Virus record (IMG/VR): IMGVR_UViG_3300030119_000303
Coordinates: 1 to 44,056 of that record
Strand: one strand, 5' to 3'
Length of the DNA stretch: 44,056 bases
Source of the DNA: a virus
Taxonomy: Duplodnaviria; Caudoviricetes
The notes beneath the pieces were generated by a model. The model saw only the letters and a program-made list of their open reading frames with translations, did not search any database and was not told the origin of the DNA. Below, in pieces: positions 26,413 to 34,717 of this stretch (position 1 is its first letter; every line of letters starts with the position of its first letter). The translations under genes and the position numbers were made by a program.

Positions 26413-28854
26413 TTATTCTGTTTCTGCCCAATACTTGGCATATCCTTTATCAGTATGCTGGCCGCCTTTAACAGAAGCTGGTACTACGAAAGAACGTACT
26501 ATGTTATCGTAACCTTTAATAGTTACTGGTACTTCCATACGTTCTCTGACCATCTCCATTAAATAACTATGACCTAATCTATACTGCCCTATTATGGAAT
26601 CATGAACTTGTGCTATTAACTTGAAATTATCGCTATACTTAGGATTGATTGCTATATCTTTATATACTGTAATAAATGATTTATTTAGTGTCATTGCATT
26701 TAAGGATTGTGGTGGGTGTGCTATGTAAGCGTTAGCCGCTGTCTTAGACTTACTAGGGTCTTTAAAGCACCTTCTAGTCCAAGCACCGCCAGCTTCGGTA
26801 TACATATGTTCCCATTCAGAGTTCCATTTATCTTTAATAGAGGGGTTTTCTAGCATGGTTTTAGTTTCAGTCCAGTTATGGTGAACTGCTTGAGAGCGTA
26901 GTAATCCAGTAAGTAATACTTCTTTAATAGCACCTTTATGAAATACAGCTCTTATTTTGGGGTAAGCCTTGTGGAATTGTTCTAACAGATGTTCAGCCAC
27001 CTGCACAGCAGAGAAGAATTTATTTAAAGCTAGTAACTCTTTAGCTAACCATATATGAGCAACACCCATAGTATCTATTAATACGTAGGCTCCCATGTTA
27101 TAGTTAGCACCGTGGTTAACAGGTTTAGCTAATTGTCGTAATGGTTTATTAAGTACTTTGCCTGCCTTAACATCGAATATATCTTCAAAGGGTATACCGA
27201 AGAAAGCACTAGCATTAGCACTGTGAAAATCAGGTGAGTGTTCAACCGCATTAATAAGGTTAGTATCACCACTTAAATAAGCAGTGTCCCGCGATTCAGC
27301 TTGTTCTAAGTCTACTTCAAATAAAGCAAAGCCTTCATCTGCTACATAAGTAGACTTAACTGCACCACCTCTAGGTATATTCTGTATGTTAACTCCACAC
27401 CAAAAAGCATGTTCTCTACTAGCTTGTCTGCCTGTATCAGTGCCATGTGGGTTAATAGAGAATAGTATTCTATCTTTATTCTTTTCTTGGAACTCTTTAC
27501 CTACTGTTATATATGTAGATAGTTCCTTACGAATCTTACGTATGTTTAATACATAACCTAATATACGTTGATTAATAGGACTTCTATCCATAGCCTTCTT
27601 TAGACTTTTTTCATCAGCAGACTTTAAGTCACCGCAACCTAATATAAATAATAGTTGCTTCATTTGCTTAGGCGAACTTACATTAAATTCAGAGCCTTCG
27701 GGGGTACTTAATACTGTATCTAATCTAGCTTGGTATTCTGCACGTATACTATCACCTTGTTTATAGGCTTCTTCCATCCTACTAATGTCACGCTTTATAC
27801 CACGTAACTCACACATGTGGCTAGGGAATGTTAGCGGGAACTCATCTTTATAGTTCTTAATAGCCCAATCTGGCATTTCTGCTAACATGACAACACACGC
27901 CATAACAGTACCCCAAGTATCAAGAGCATTATAGCGATAGTATTCATACAAGTCATTTGTATCTGATAAGTCTTTCCAGTAATAAGCCTCACGAATAAGG
28001 AAGCTGTTAAGGAAACCTAAGTCTTTAGGTAACTCTGCATACCACGAATGGAACATCATAGCAGTATCATATTGGTAATTATATACAGGTGCATTGTACC
28101 TAGCAAAATAAGCTATGTCATACTTACCATTCTGCATTACCTTAGCTGCTTTAGTGTCCCAATTAAACTTACGCATTATCTCTACTGCAAACATACTATC
28201 TATAGCTAATACATAAGTCTCAGTATGGTATCCGCTAGGCTCACTGCTATCTTCCCACAGGCCAGTATAAGATAAGCACTTAATACGGGTGTGGTCTTTA
28301 AGAGTCTCAACATCAATACCTATTAACAGGCAGTTATCTTGTTTAAGACATGCTAAAGCGGACTCGTAGTTACGTTCATCTATTACATGCCATTTAAATT
28401 CAGGGGGTTTAAACCAATTATCAGGATTAGATAACTTAGATATATGACGGGTTGCCATAAACTTGCCGTAGCTAACAGTAGCTAGTTGTTTGAGGGGGTT
28501 AATGAATACTATCTCTATACCCTCTATATTAAAATAACTACCTGCATAGTTAGACAGACTAGGTGCAGCCCGCTTATCCCATTTAAGTAGTAATCTCAAC
28601 AAAGGTACAGAGGTAGTAAACACTTTAGTTAAGTGCTTGCTCTTACAGTGTAGAGTAAACTGAGTAAGAGTACTAATAGCAGTAGTGTTTACTATAACAT
28701 GAGTACTACCAACACAAGACTTCAACATAGGTAAGTATGCTTTATCATGCCCAGTACCCCAAAAAAGAACACTGCTATTTACAGCTACAGCATTCTTTTT
28801 CTCAGCGCGCATCTTAGCTAACTTATCTTTCATAACTTGTAGTTGTGTACTCAT
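26413..28854 (-). CDS. polA: Family A DNA polymerase with 3'-5' exonuclease
   Basis: Exo I IDVET, Exo II QNGKYD, Exo III YNALD; TDTGR, NIQNIP; motif A DLEQAESR, motif B RQLAKPVNHGANY, motif C QVHDS. Confidence 0.95.
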   Translation of the reverse strand: MSTQLQVMKDKLAKMRAEKKNAVAVNSSVLFWGTGHDKAYLPMLKSCVGSTHVIVNTTAISTLTQFTLHCKSKHLTKVFTTSVPLLRLLLKWDKRAAPSLSNYAGSYFNIEGIEIVFINPLKQLATVSYGKFMATRHISKLSNPDNWFKPPEFKWHVIDERNYESALACLKQDNCLLIGIDVETLKDHTRIKCLSYTGLWEDSSEPSGYHTETYVLAIDSMFAVEIMRKFNWDTKAAKVMQNGKYDIAYFARYNAPVYNYQYDTAMMFHSWYAELPKDLGFLNSFLIREAYYWKDLSDTNDLYEYYRYNALDTWGTVMACVVMLAEMPDWAIKNYKDEFPLTFPSHMCELRGIKRDISRMEEAYKQGDSIRAEYQARLDTVLSTPEGSEFNVSSPKQMKQLLFILGCGDLKSADEKSLKKAMDRSPINQRILGYVLNIRKIRKELSTYITVGKEFQEKNKDRILFSINPHGTDTGRQASREHAFWCGVNIQNIPRGGAVKSTYVADEGFALFEVDLEQAESRDTAYLSGDTNLINAVEHSPDFHSANASAFFGIPFEDIFDVKAGKVLNKPLRQLAKPVNHGANYNMGAYVLIDTMGVAHIWLAKELLALNKFFSAVQVAEHLLEQFHKAYPKIRAVFHKGAIKEVLLTGLLRSQAVHHNWTETKTMLENPSIKDKWNSEWEHMYTEAGGAWTRRCFKDPSKSKTAANAYIAHPPQSLNAMTLNKSFITVYKDIAINPKYSDNFKLIAQVHDSIIGQYRLGHSYLMEMVRERMEVPVTIKGYDNIVRSFVVPASVKGGQHTDKGYAKYWAETE

Positions 28855-28858
28855 GTTT

Positions 28859-29125
28859 CTATTTCTCCTCGTTAGTTGTTACTGCAATACACTCAGCAGT
28901 TACTTCATCCCAGCTACCTAAAACATGCCTTATCAGCTGTTCAGCTTCCCGTAACTTCTGTAACTCTTTTAAGTAGTCTGGGCTAACAGCTACAAGGTGC
29001 TTTATGTTTCGCCAGTCACTATTAATACCACTAAGTGAACTTTTCATACTAGCTAGCTGGAACTTTTGGAAGTTTCTAGTACGTGCTACCCGTTGCTTGT
29101 TACTAGGTCTATGATACTTTTTCAT
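28859..29125 (-). CDS. Hypothetical protein
   Basis: Coupled ORF with basic N-terminus. Confidence 0.7.
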   Translation of the reverse strand: MKKYHRPSNKQRVARTRNFQKFQLASMKSSLSGINSDWRNIKHLVAVSPDYLKELQKLREAEQLIRHVLGSWDEVTAECIAVTTNEEK

Positions 29126-29129
29126 TAGC

Positions 29130-29351
29130 CTATCCCTTATTCCTTTGTCTCAGTTTCTTCTTCCTCTTAGCAAGTTTCTTCTTACGTTGCCTACTCTGGT
29201 AAGTATCAACAGGCTTAGGTGTGCTACTAGGTGCAGCAGCATCTGTGTTGATAAGGCTAACAGTTAATAAAGACTTAGTAGCACCATCAGTAGTGTTGTG
29301 TGTTAGTGTATTGCTTAACGCAGCCAACAAATGAGCTTTACTTATCTTCAT
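29130..29351 (-). CDS. Hypothetical protein with very basic C-terminus (start revised to 29351)
   Basis: AAGGAG RBS before the ATG at 29351; ends RQRKKKLAKRKKKLRQRNKG. Confidence 0.65.
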   Translation of the reverse strand: MKISKAHLLAALSNTLTHNTTDGATKSLLTVSLINTDAAAPSSTPKPVDTYQSRQRKKKLAKRKKKLRQRNKG

Positions 29352-29427
29352 TGTTAGTCTCCTTCTGATAAACAACTCCGTACATTGCAGCTCTAATACA
29401 CATTGTAATGTAGTTTAACTTAAACAT
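29338..29427 (-). CDS. 29-aa small ORF missing from the ORF track (MFKLNYITMCIRAAMYGVVYQKETNNEDK)
   Basis: CGGAG RBS; overlaps the start of the next gene. Confidence 0.5.
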   Translation of the reverse strand: MFKLNYITMCIRAAMYGVVYQKETNNEDK

Positions 29428-29486
29428 GGTAGTATCTCCGTGGTTATGTTCCTTAGTAAAGACAGCTATAAATAACAATCTTTAAT

Positions 29487-29514
29487 AAAGAAGCCCCGTA
29501 ATTAAACAGGGCTA
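29487..29514 (-). terminator. Rho-independent terminator after the SSB-like gene
   Basis: Minus strand AGCCCTGT-TTAATT-ACGGGGCT followed by TCTTT. Confidence 0.7.
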
Positions 29515-29537
29515 CTCACTTAAATTACGATAAGCTA

Positions 29538-29975
29538 TTAGCCTAGTGTAACCTGTTTAATCTGCGTGTAGAACTTATCAGGATCGTTCTTGTCCTTACG
29601 TAAGGTAGTAGTTACCGCACATTCAAGGTCTTTAACAGATGCCACAATCTCAGACAGATTAGAAGTACCAAGCGCTTCACCAATAGGCTTACAGATTGCC
29701 TTTAAGTTACCCTGTCCGTACTCATTAGTTAAGTCGCACAAGATAGAAGTTTCATCACCTTCCACACATTTCTTGTCTTCGCTTACTTCTTTAGCAAGCT
29801 CTACGGTTTCAACCATGACAAGCTTAATTTCTACGCAAGGTTTTTCGTTAACTTCTTTCTTATCCATAGTCATCTTAATTAAGTGACTGCCAGCAGGGAA
29901 AGGTTTAAACTCAGGTAAATCGTTTAAATCGTCTAGAGAGATGTCTAATAGTTCGTCGATGTTAATATCTGACAT
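29538..29975 (-). CDS. Single-stranded DNA-binding protein (DUF669-like OB fold)
   Basis: FKPFPAG.H motif, beta-rich, acidic; directly downstream of the Sak4-like gene. Confidence 0.7.
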   Translation of the reverse strand: MSDINIDELLDISLDDLNDLPEFKPFPAGSHLIKMTMDKKEVNEKPCVEIKLVMVETVELAKEVSEDKKCVEGDETSILCDLTNEYGQGNLKAICKPIGEALGTSNLSEIVASVKDLECAVTTTLRKDKNDPDKFYTQIKQVTLG

Positions 29976-30152
29976 AATAATATTCCTATAAATGGATTAA
30001 TAAATTAATGGATTGATAAATAGATGTATGCTATTGATTGCTATACATGGTTATTGCACACTAGGTATTAAACTTAATATGCAATATAATATAAAGCAAG
30101 ACGTATACTATTGTATAGTTCGGTATACCAGCGAACTTAGCGCACGGAGAAA

Positions 30153-31130
30153 CTAGGTTTTAGTTCTAGCCCGTAAAGCAGCTAACTTATCTTTTACTGA
30201 GTCATTAATAGTAGCGCTACTGTTAGTAGTGGTAGCAGTATCGGCAGACTTAGTATTAGTAGTAGTGGGCTTAGTGGTCGTATCTTTCTTAACATCTTTT
30301 AAACTCTTGTTCTTTTTATCCGCAGAAGTAAATATAGGAAGTAAGCTAGTTACTCCGTCTTTCTGCAAGTCAACACTAGTACGTGAGCCAGACAGTACAG
30401 TAGTACTATCAGTTGTACTAGAACTAAATACATGTTTCTTAAGCTTACGTTCAGCGTATACTACATGTCCGAAGTACTTAGCTAAGTTACGTGCAAAGTT
30501 ACGAGTGCCGCCAAGAGGTACTATAATAGTCTTACCAGATTCAGTTTCAGACTCAACTTCGTGGGTAATGACTACTACCTTATACTTAGCTTGCTGCAAA
30601 TAAGATAAGAATCTGTCAAGCAACATACCAAGGTGCGCCCAATCATCATAATTAAGCTTATAATCATCCGGCTGGTTACGGGTAATCTGCGCAATAGCAC
30701 TGTTAGTTAACTGAGTAAGACTGTCAAATACTACAATAGTATCATCAGGTAAGTTGTTAACATCCACAGTAGTGAATAACTCGTCGTCAGATAAGTCACT
30801 GTCTTTAGCAGTCTTAGTACACAGCATACAATTAACTTTACCGTGTTCATCACATATCTTAGACTTACCTTTAACAACCTTAAGTGCAGTCTCGATACCG
30901 ATAGGAAAGTCCCTTGTGTCAGGTATGCTTACTAACTGTATACGTTCCTGCCATTCAGTAGGTAGTTGTTCTAACACTTCACTACCGTTCTCGAAGTCAA
31001 ACCATATAAGGTTATACTCTTCAGCTAACTTACCAGCACCCAATGATTTACCAGACTTAGGTGCACCATATATAATGACTTTAGGGTAAGTCTTGTTTTC
31101 AGCTTTACGACTAGCTATAGTCTTAGCCAT
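30153..31130 (-). CDS. Sak4-like AAA_24 ATPase (recombination/annealing)
   Basis: IYGAPKSGKS, FDFENG, VVFDSLT and VVITHE motifs; T-rich disordered C-terminal linker. Confidence 0.85.
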   Translation of the reverse strand: MAKTIASRKAENKTYPKVIIYGAPKSGKSLGAGKLAEEYNLIWFDFENGSEVLEQLPTEWQERIQLVSIPDTRDFPIGIETALKVVKGKSKICDEHGKVNCMLCTKTAKDSDLSDDELFTTVDVNNLPDDTIVVFDSLTQLTNSAIAQITRNQPDDYKLNYDDWAHLGMLLDRFLSYLQQAKYKVVVITHEVESETESGKTIIVPLGGTRNFARNLAKYFGHVVYAERKLKKHVFSSSTTDSTTVLSGSRTSVDLQKDGVTSLLPIFTSADKKNKSLKDVKKDTTTKPTTTNTKSADTATTTNSSATINDSVKDKLAALRARTKT

Positions 31131-31136
31131 TGTTAA

Positions 31137-31418
31137 TTACTCCTTAGGTTCTACTGCTATTCTAAACAAAGGGTGAGTGTTATTAGATATAATCCAGCCA
31201 GTATAACCAAACACTTTTATATCTCCTTCCACGTTTATGTTAGGTATTGCTACTTTAGGGTAACTGCATGTGCCTCTTAATAAGCTGGCGGCAGTAGCAT
31301 TAACATAGACAGTAATGTCAGGATTAACTGCGTGCATACTATTAGCTACAGCTATTTGCATACGTATGTCGCCCAATAACTCCTCGGTTTTAGTGCGTAT
31401 ATAAGTTTCCATACTCAC
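31137..31418 (-). CDS. Hypothetical protein
   Basis: GAGGAG RBS; GTG start overlapping the upstream stop. Confidence 0.7.
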   Translation of the reverse strand: MSMETYIRTKTEELLGDIRMQIAVANSMHAVNPDITVYVNATAASLLRGTCSYPKVAIPNINVEGDIKVFGYTGWIISNNTHPLFRIAVEPKE

Positions 31419-31753
31419 TGGTTATCTCCTCTTTGCATAGCATTAAGCTTATCGGCTGCACTAGTATTGATAGTAGCTATAGCTTCATCAGCAGGTACTT
31501 CATTAAGCCTAAGAAGGTCAGTTTGTGCTGGGCCAGCTATATCATGAATAAACTTATCCCATACCCACACTAATGCTAAGTCCTCACGATAGTTAGCTAG
31601 CATCTTCTTAGGCAACCACGTGTTAGTAGGTATGCCTTGCGCATCAATAAACTTAAATAGCATGGCTTTCTCTGACTCTGCTACTACTTCGTCAAACGTA
31701 ACACAGGTATTAGATTCCTGCACTGTTTCTAAGCCCATAATTTTAATGTTCAC
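31415..31753 (-). CDS. Hypothetical protein
   Basis: ESEKAMLF...WLPK pattern; C-terminus resembles the Sak4 tail. Confidence 0.7.
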   Translation of the reverse strand: MNIKIMGLETVQESNTCVTFDEVVAESEKAMLFKFIDAQGIPTNTWLPKKMLANYREDLALVWVWDKFIHDIAGPAQTDLLRLNEVPADEAIATINTSAADKLNAMQRGDNQ

Positions 31754-32759
31754 TTGTTTTCTCCAGCTGTCTTTCTATTAAGGTTTCGAAGTCAACATTA
31801 AATTGGTACTTACCTTCATCCTCTTTAACGTACGCTTCAACTAAGTTAGTGTAAGGTTTAGTAAGCTGTAAGTTACTATGCTCACATATACCTAAGTATT
31901 CGCAAGGACGACCGAAAGAGTAACAACTTTCTCCATGCATAGGGAATAAGTCAGACTTATGATATAGTTCTAACTTCTCTATATCTAACAGCATTTCAGA
32001 TAACCACTGCGCTCGCTTAGATAAAGACTTCATAAAGTGCATAGGTTTATACTCATAGCTACGAGTCTCATACACTAAATAATAAACACTATAACTAGAC
32101 AGTTCTGGAAACAGTTCATCTAATACTACACTGTAACCAATAGCTTGCCCGCTGTTCTGGAACATAGCAGGTTGAGCAATACCACTACTAGTCTTAAGTT
32201 CTAGTACTATTATCTCACCTGTTTCCTTATGTCTAAGTACTACATCTAGGAAACCACGATAGCGATAGCCATTAGGTAATATAATATTAAAAGATAATTC
32301 ACATGCTGGCTTACCCTTGTAATACACAAGTTCGTAGTCACTTATTGCACCTAATGTATATAGGTCATAGAACTTTTTAACAGCATAGATAGCCCGATAA
32401 TAAGACTTATTTTGTCTTTCGGTAGCAGCATCTAAATCTATTTCCCATTCAAGGAAACAATCTAATACTGCTCTATCAAATGACTTACCTTCTATAACAG
32501 ACTGTATACCTACACCAACTACGCTACCAAAGTTAAGAGTAACTTCTGATTCCTGTTCTCTTTCAGGGTCAGTAGATACAGAATTACTTTTAAGCTTATA
32601 CAGTTCGTACTTACGGGGGCAGGCATGTAATAAGTTACGAGAAGAGTGAGACAGTAATTTAATACGCGGGTCTATCTCACCTTGTAAATCTATTACCTCA
32701 ACTTCTTCATCAACTACTTTGATATCAAGCTGGGTATCTAGGAATGAAAAATCTGGCAT
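31743..32759 (-). CDS. PD-(D/E)XK exonuclease, Cas4/AddB-like with four Cys (Fe-S)
   Basis: LSHSS..L..CPRKY, GFLD...ELKT, Q...Y, and C-terminal C-x6-C-x5-C. Confidence 0.85.
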   Translation of the reverse strand: MPDFSFLDTQLDIKVVDEEVEVIDLQGEIDPRIKLLSHSSRNLLHACPRKYELYKLKSNSVSTDPEREQESEVTLNFGSVVGVGIQSVIEGKSFDRAVLDCFLEWEIDLDAATERQNKSYYRAIYAVKKFYDLYTLGAISDYELVYYKGKPACELSFNIILPNGYRYRGFLDVVLRHKETGEIIVLELKTSSGIAQPAMFQNSGQAIGYSVVLDELFPELSSYSVYYLVYETRSYEYKPMHFMKSLSKRAQWLSEMLLDIEKLELYHKSDLFPMHGESCYSFGRPCEYLGICEHSNLQLTKPYTNLVEAYVKEDEGKYQFNVDFETLIERQLEKTSEH

Positions 32760-32769
32760 TGTTAAGTTC

Positions 32770-33129
32770 CTAATGTGTTAACACTATTAAAGCTACTCTG
32801 GTACATAGCTCACGGTTAAATTTAAGGTCATACTTCTTGCCCATATTATGTGCTACTATTCTAGCTAACTCACCTATAGCATAACTATGGCACATACTAG
32901 ACAGTAACATTAACTTACTATCCTGCTTTAACTTATCAAACTTATCGTCTTCTAAATCAAGAGGCATATTACCTTCATTAGTTAGCCAGTCTAATATAAC
33001 TTTGCTATCGTGCATATAATTAATATACATGCTATGCTGGTGGTACATATAGAAGGTAATGAAAGTAGTAAGTGTATGAGGGGTACGAGCAAGCTTAAGT
33101 TCTTTTACCCGCTGGGATAACTCAGACAT
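32770..33129 (-). CDS. Hypothetical protein
   Basis: ORF within the minus-strand operon. Confidence 0.65.
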   Translation of the reverse strand: MSELSQRVKELKLARTPHTLTTFITFYMYHQHSMYINYMHDSKVILDWLTNEGNMPLDLEDDKFDKLKQDSKLMLLSSMCHSYAIGELARIVAHNMGKKYDLKFNRELCTRVALIVLTH

Positions 33130-33138
33130 ATTAAATGC

Positions 33139-33438
33139 CTATAAGTCATCAGCTGTAATAGACTTAAGTGCCTTCTTAGGTGCTTTCTTCAACTGAGAAG
33201 TAGATATTTCAGTCTTAGAAATAGACATCTGAGCCTTAACTATAACAGCTAATTCTTCATCTGTTAATAGTGTAGCTTGCTCAGGGTCTTTCTTAACAAT
33301 GGTGTGAATAGTTTTGAGAGCAGAACGCATCTCAGGATGGTTATCTTTGAAGTGAGTATCTAACTCTACTAACTTCTCTTGAATACGGAAGTCTACTTTA
33401 GAGTCACTTAATGATAAGGTTGGTAGTGAATCAGCCAT
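33139..33438 (-). CDS. Hypothetical protein
   Basis: CGGAG RBS; helical, ends SITADDL. Confidence 0.75.
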   Translation of the reverse strand: MADSLPTLSLSDSKVDFRIQEKLVELDTHFKDNHPEMRSALKTIHTIVKKDPEQATLLTDEELAVIVKAQMSISKTEISTSQLKKAPKKALKSITADDL

Positions 33439-33458
33439 TACATTTCTCCGTGCAATTG

Positions 33459-33701
33459 CTAAAGGTTAATAACATTATGGGTTAAGCTACCCACTATGTA
33501 AAAAGTTATCTTAGTGCCTTCTATCTTGTGCATTAACTTAGGCCGTATGCCTGCTTCTAATGCTAGATACTTATAGGCTTTATCTAACTTCTTTTCTTTT
33601 CTCACTGCTTCTATTAACCTATTATGCATATCAACTGGAGCCTCTACCGTAGCAGTAGAGTTATCTCTAATAGTGTTCCATAACTTCTGATATTTACGCA
33701 T
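33459..33701 (-). CDS. Hypothetical protein
   Basis: Basic 80-aa ORF; no obvious SD. Confidence 0.7.
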   Translation of the reverse strand: MRKYQKLWNTIRDNSTATVEAPVDMHNRLIEAVRKEKKLDKAYKYLALEAGIRPKLMHKIEGTKITFYIVGSLTHNVINL

Positions 33702-33724
33702 AAGTAATGATAGCTAACAATGAG

Positions 33725-33763
33725 AAAAGAAAAAAAAAACGGTAGCTAACTTAATAGCTACCG
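33725..33763 (-). terminator. Strong rho-independent terminator
   Basis: Perfect 9-bp stem CGGTAGCTA/TAGCTACCG with 6-nt loop and a 10-nt T run on the minus strand. Confidence 0.9.
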
Positions 33764-33789
33764 CTTATTAGATAACCTGGGAGAGGTTA

Positions 33790-34530
33790 TTAAAGGGCTT
33801 CTAGTATAGAGCTTTCGCTTGTTTCTTTGAAGGTAGTAATCTTCTCAGCTAAGAACTCGATAACTTCTGCGAATTCTTCAAGGTTAGCTTGCTCAGCATT
33901 AGCGTAAACACCAAGTTGCTCTTCAAGTACAGACAGAACTTTCTTGTTAGTCTTAACAGGCTGTAGCTTAGCGTTGAATAGCTTAGCAGCAAAGGTAACT
34001 TGCTCAAGAGTCTTATCGGTAACTTCTTGCATAACTTCAATGTAGTCCTTAACAAAGCCTTCCCAGATTTCTTTAGGAATACCGCCACCTTTACGGCTAG
34101 CTTTAGGCATGTTAGCAATGAAGTCCCAGCTAAGTTGGTCATAAGGGAAGTTAGCAGCATTAAGCTTTTCGTCTTCGCTAATAAGGCTACGTGCTTGAGT
34201 CTTAATAACTTCCGTTACCGCTTCACGTAATAGCTCAGCACCTTTACCACCTTCTTCAATGATAGAAAGAACACCATTAATAGTAGGGATAGGCAAAGGC
34301 ACAACTAAGGTATCACGCTTATATTCAATACCGCTGTCATCTTTCTGCTTACGGAAAGTAAATTCAGTTGGAGTAGGTACTGTCTCAACTTTCATCTGAC
34401 TACGTACTTCTGCAACGATAGTAGCTAACTCTTCCTTAGTAGGGTTCTCAGCAGGAATTATTTTAAGTTCTTGCTTTTCTACAACATTGTTGCCAGTTTC
34501 TACGGTAGTAGTATCTTGTTGCTCAGACAT
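33790..34530 (-). CDS. Hypothetical protein, probably highly expressed
   Basis: Own promoter, AAGGAG RBS and terminator; capsid-like codon usage. Confidence 0.85.
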   Translation of the reverse strand: MSEQQDTTTVETGNNVVEKQELKIIPAENPTKEELATIVAEVRSQMKVETVPTPTEFTFRKQKDDSGIEYKRDTLVVPLPIPTINGVLSIIEEGGKGAELLREAVTEVIKTQARSLISEDEKLNAANFPYDQLSWDFIANMPKASRKGGGIPKEIWEGFVKDYIEVMQEVTDKTLEQVTFAAKLFNAKLQPVKTNKKVLSVLEEQLGVYANAEQANLEEFAEVIEFLAEKITTFKETSESSILEAL

Positions 34531-34646
34531 GTTAATGTCTCCTTAATTAAGTGGCGTCTTATTTAAATAATGTGCGCCGTTAAACAATAAGTAATTAATT
34601 ACTCACTTAGTTTGTTTGGGATACAAGTTCCCCTAAATGAATAATC

Positions 34647-34674
34647 ATTATGCCATAGGTTACAAAATCGTCAA
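34647..34674 (-). promoter_or_regulatory. Sigma70-type promoter
   Basis: TTGACG-N16-CATAAT with extended -10 TG and an upstream A tract. Confidence 0.7.
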
Positions 34675-34717
34675 GAACTTTTTTACTCTTAACTAGTTAG
34701 TGTGTTTATTTTAGTAA

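Noticed and set aside
30142-30152. GCACGGAGAAA inverted relative to the RBS region at about 33443
   Set aside because: A single short match 3 kb apart could be chance; no further support.
31743-32759. Cas4-like nuclease as part of a CRISPR-Cas system
   Set aside because: No other cas genes or array; it sits in the usual nuclease-Sak4-SSB recombination module.
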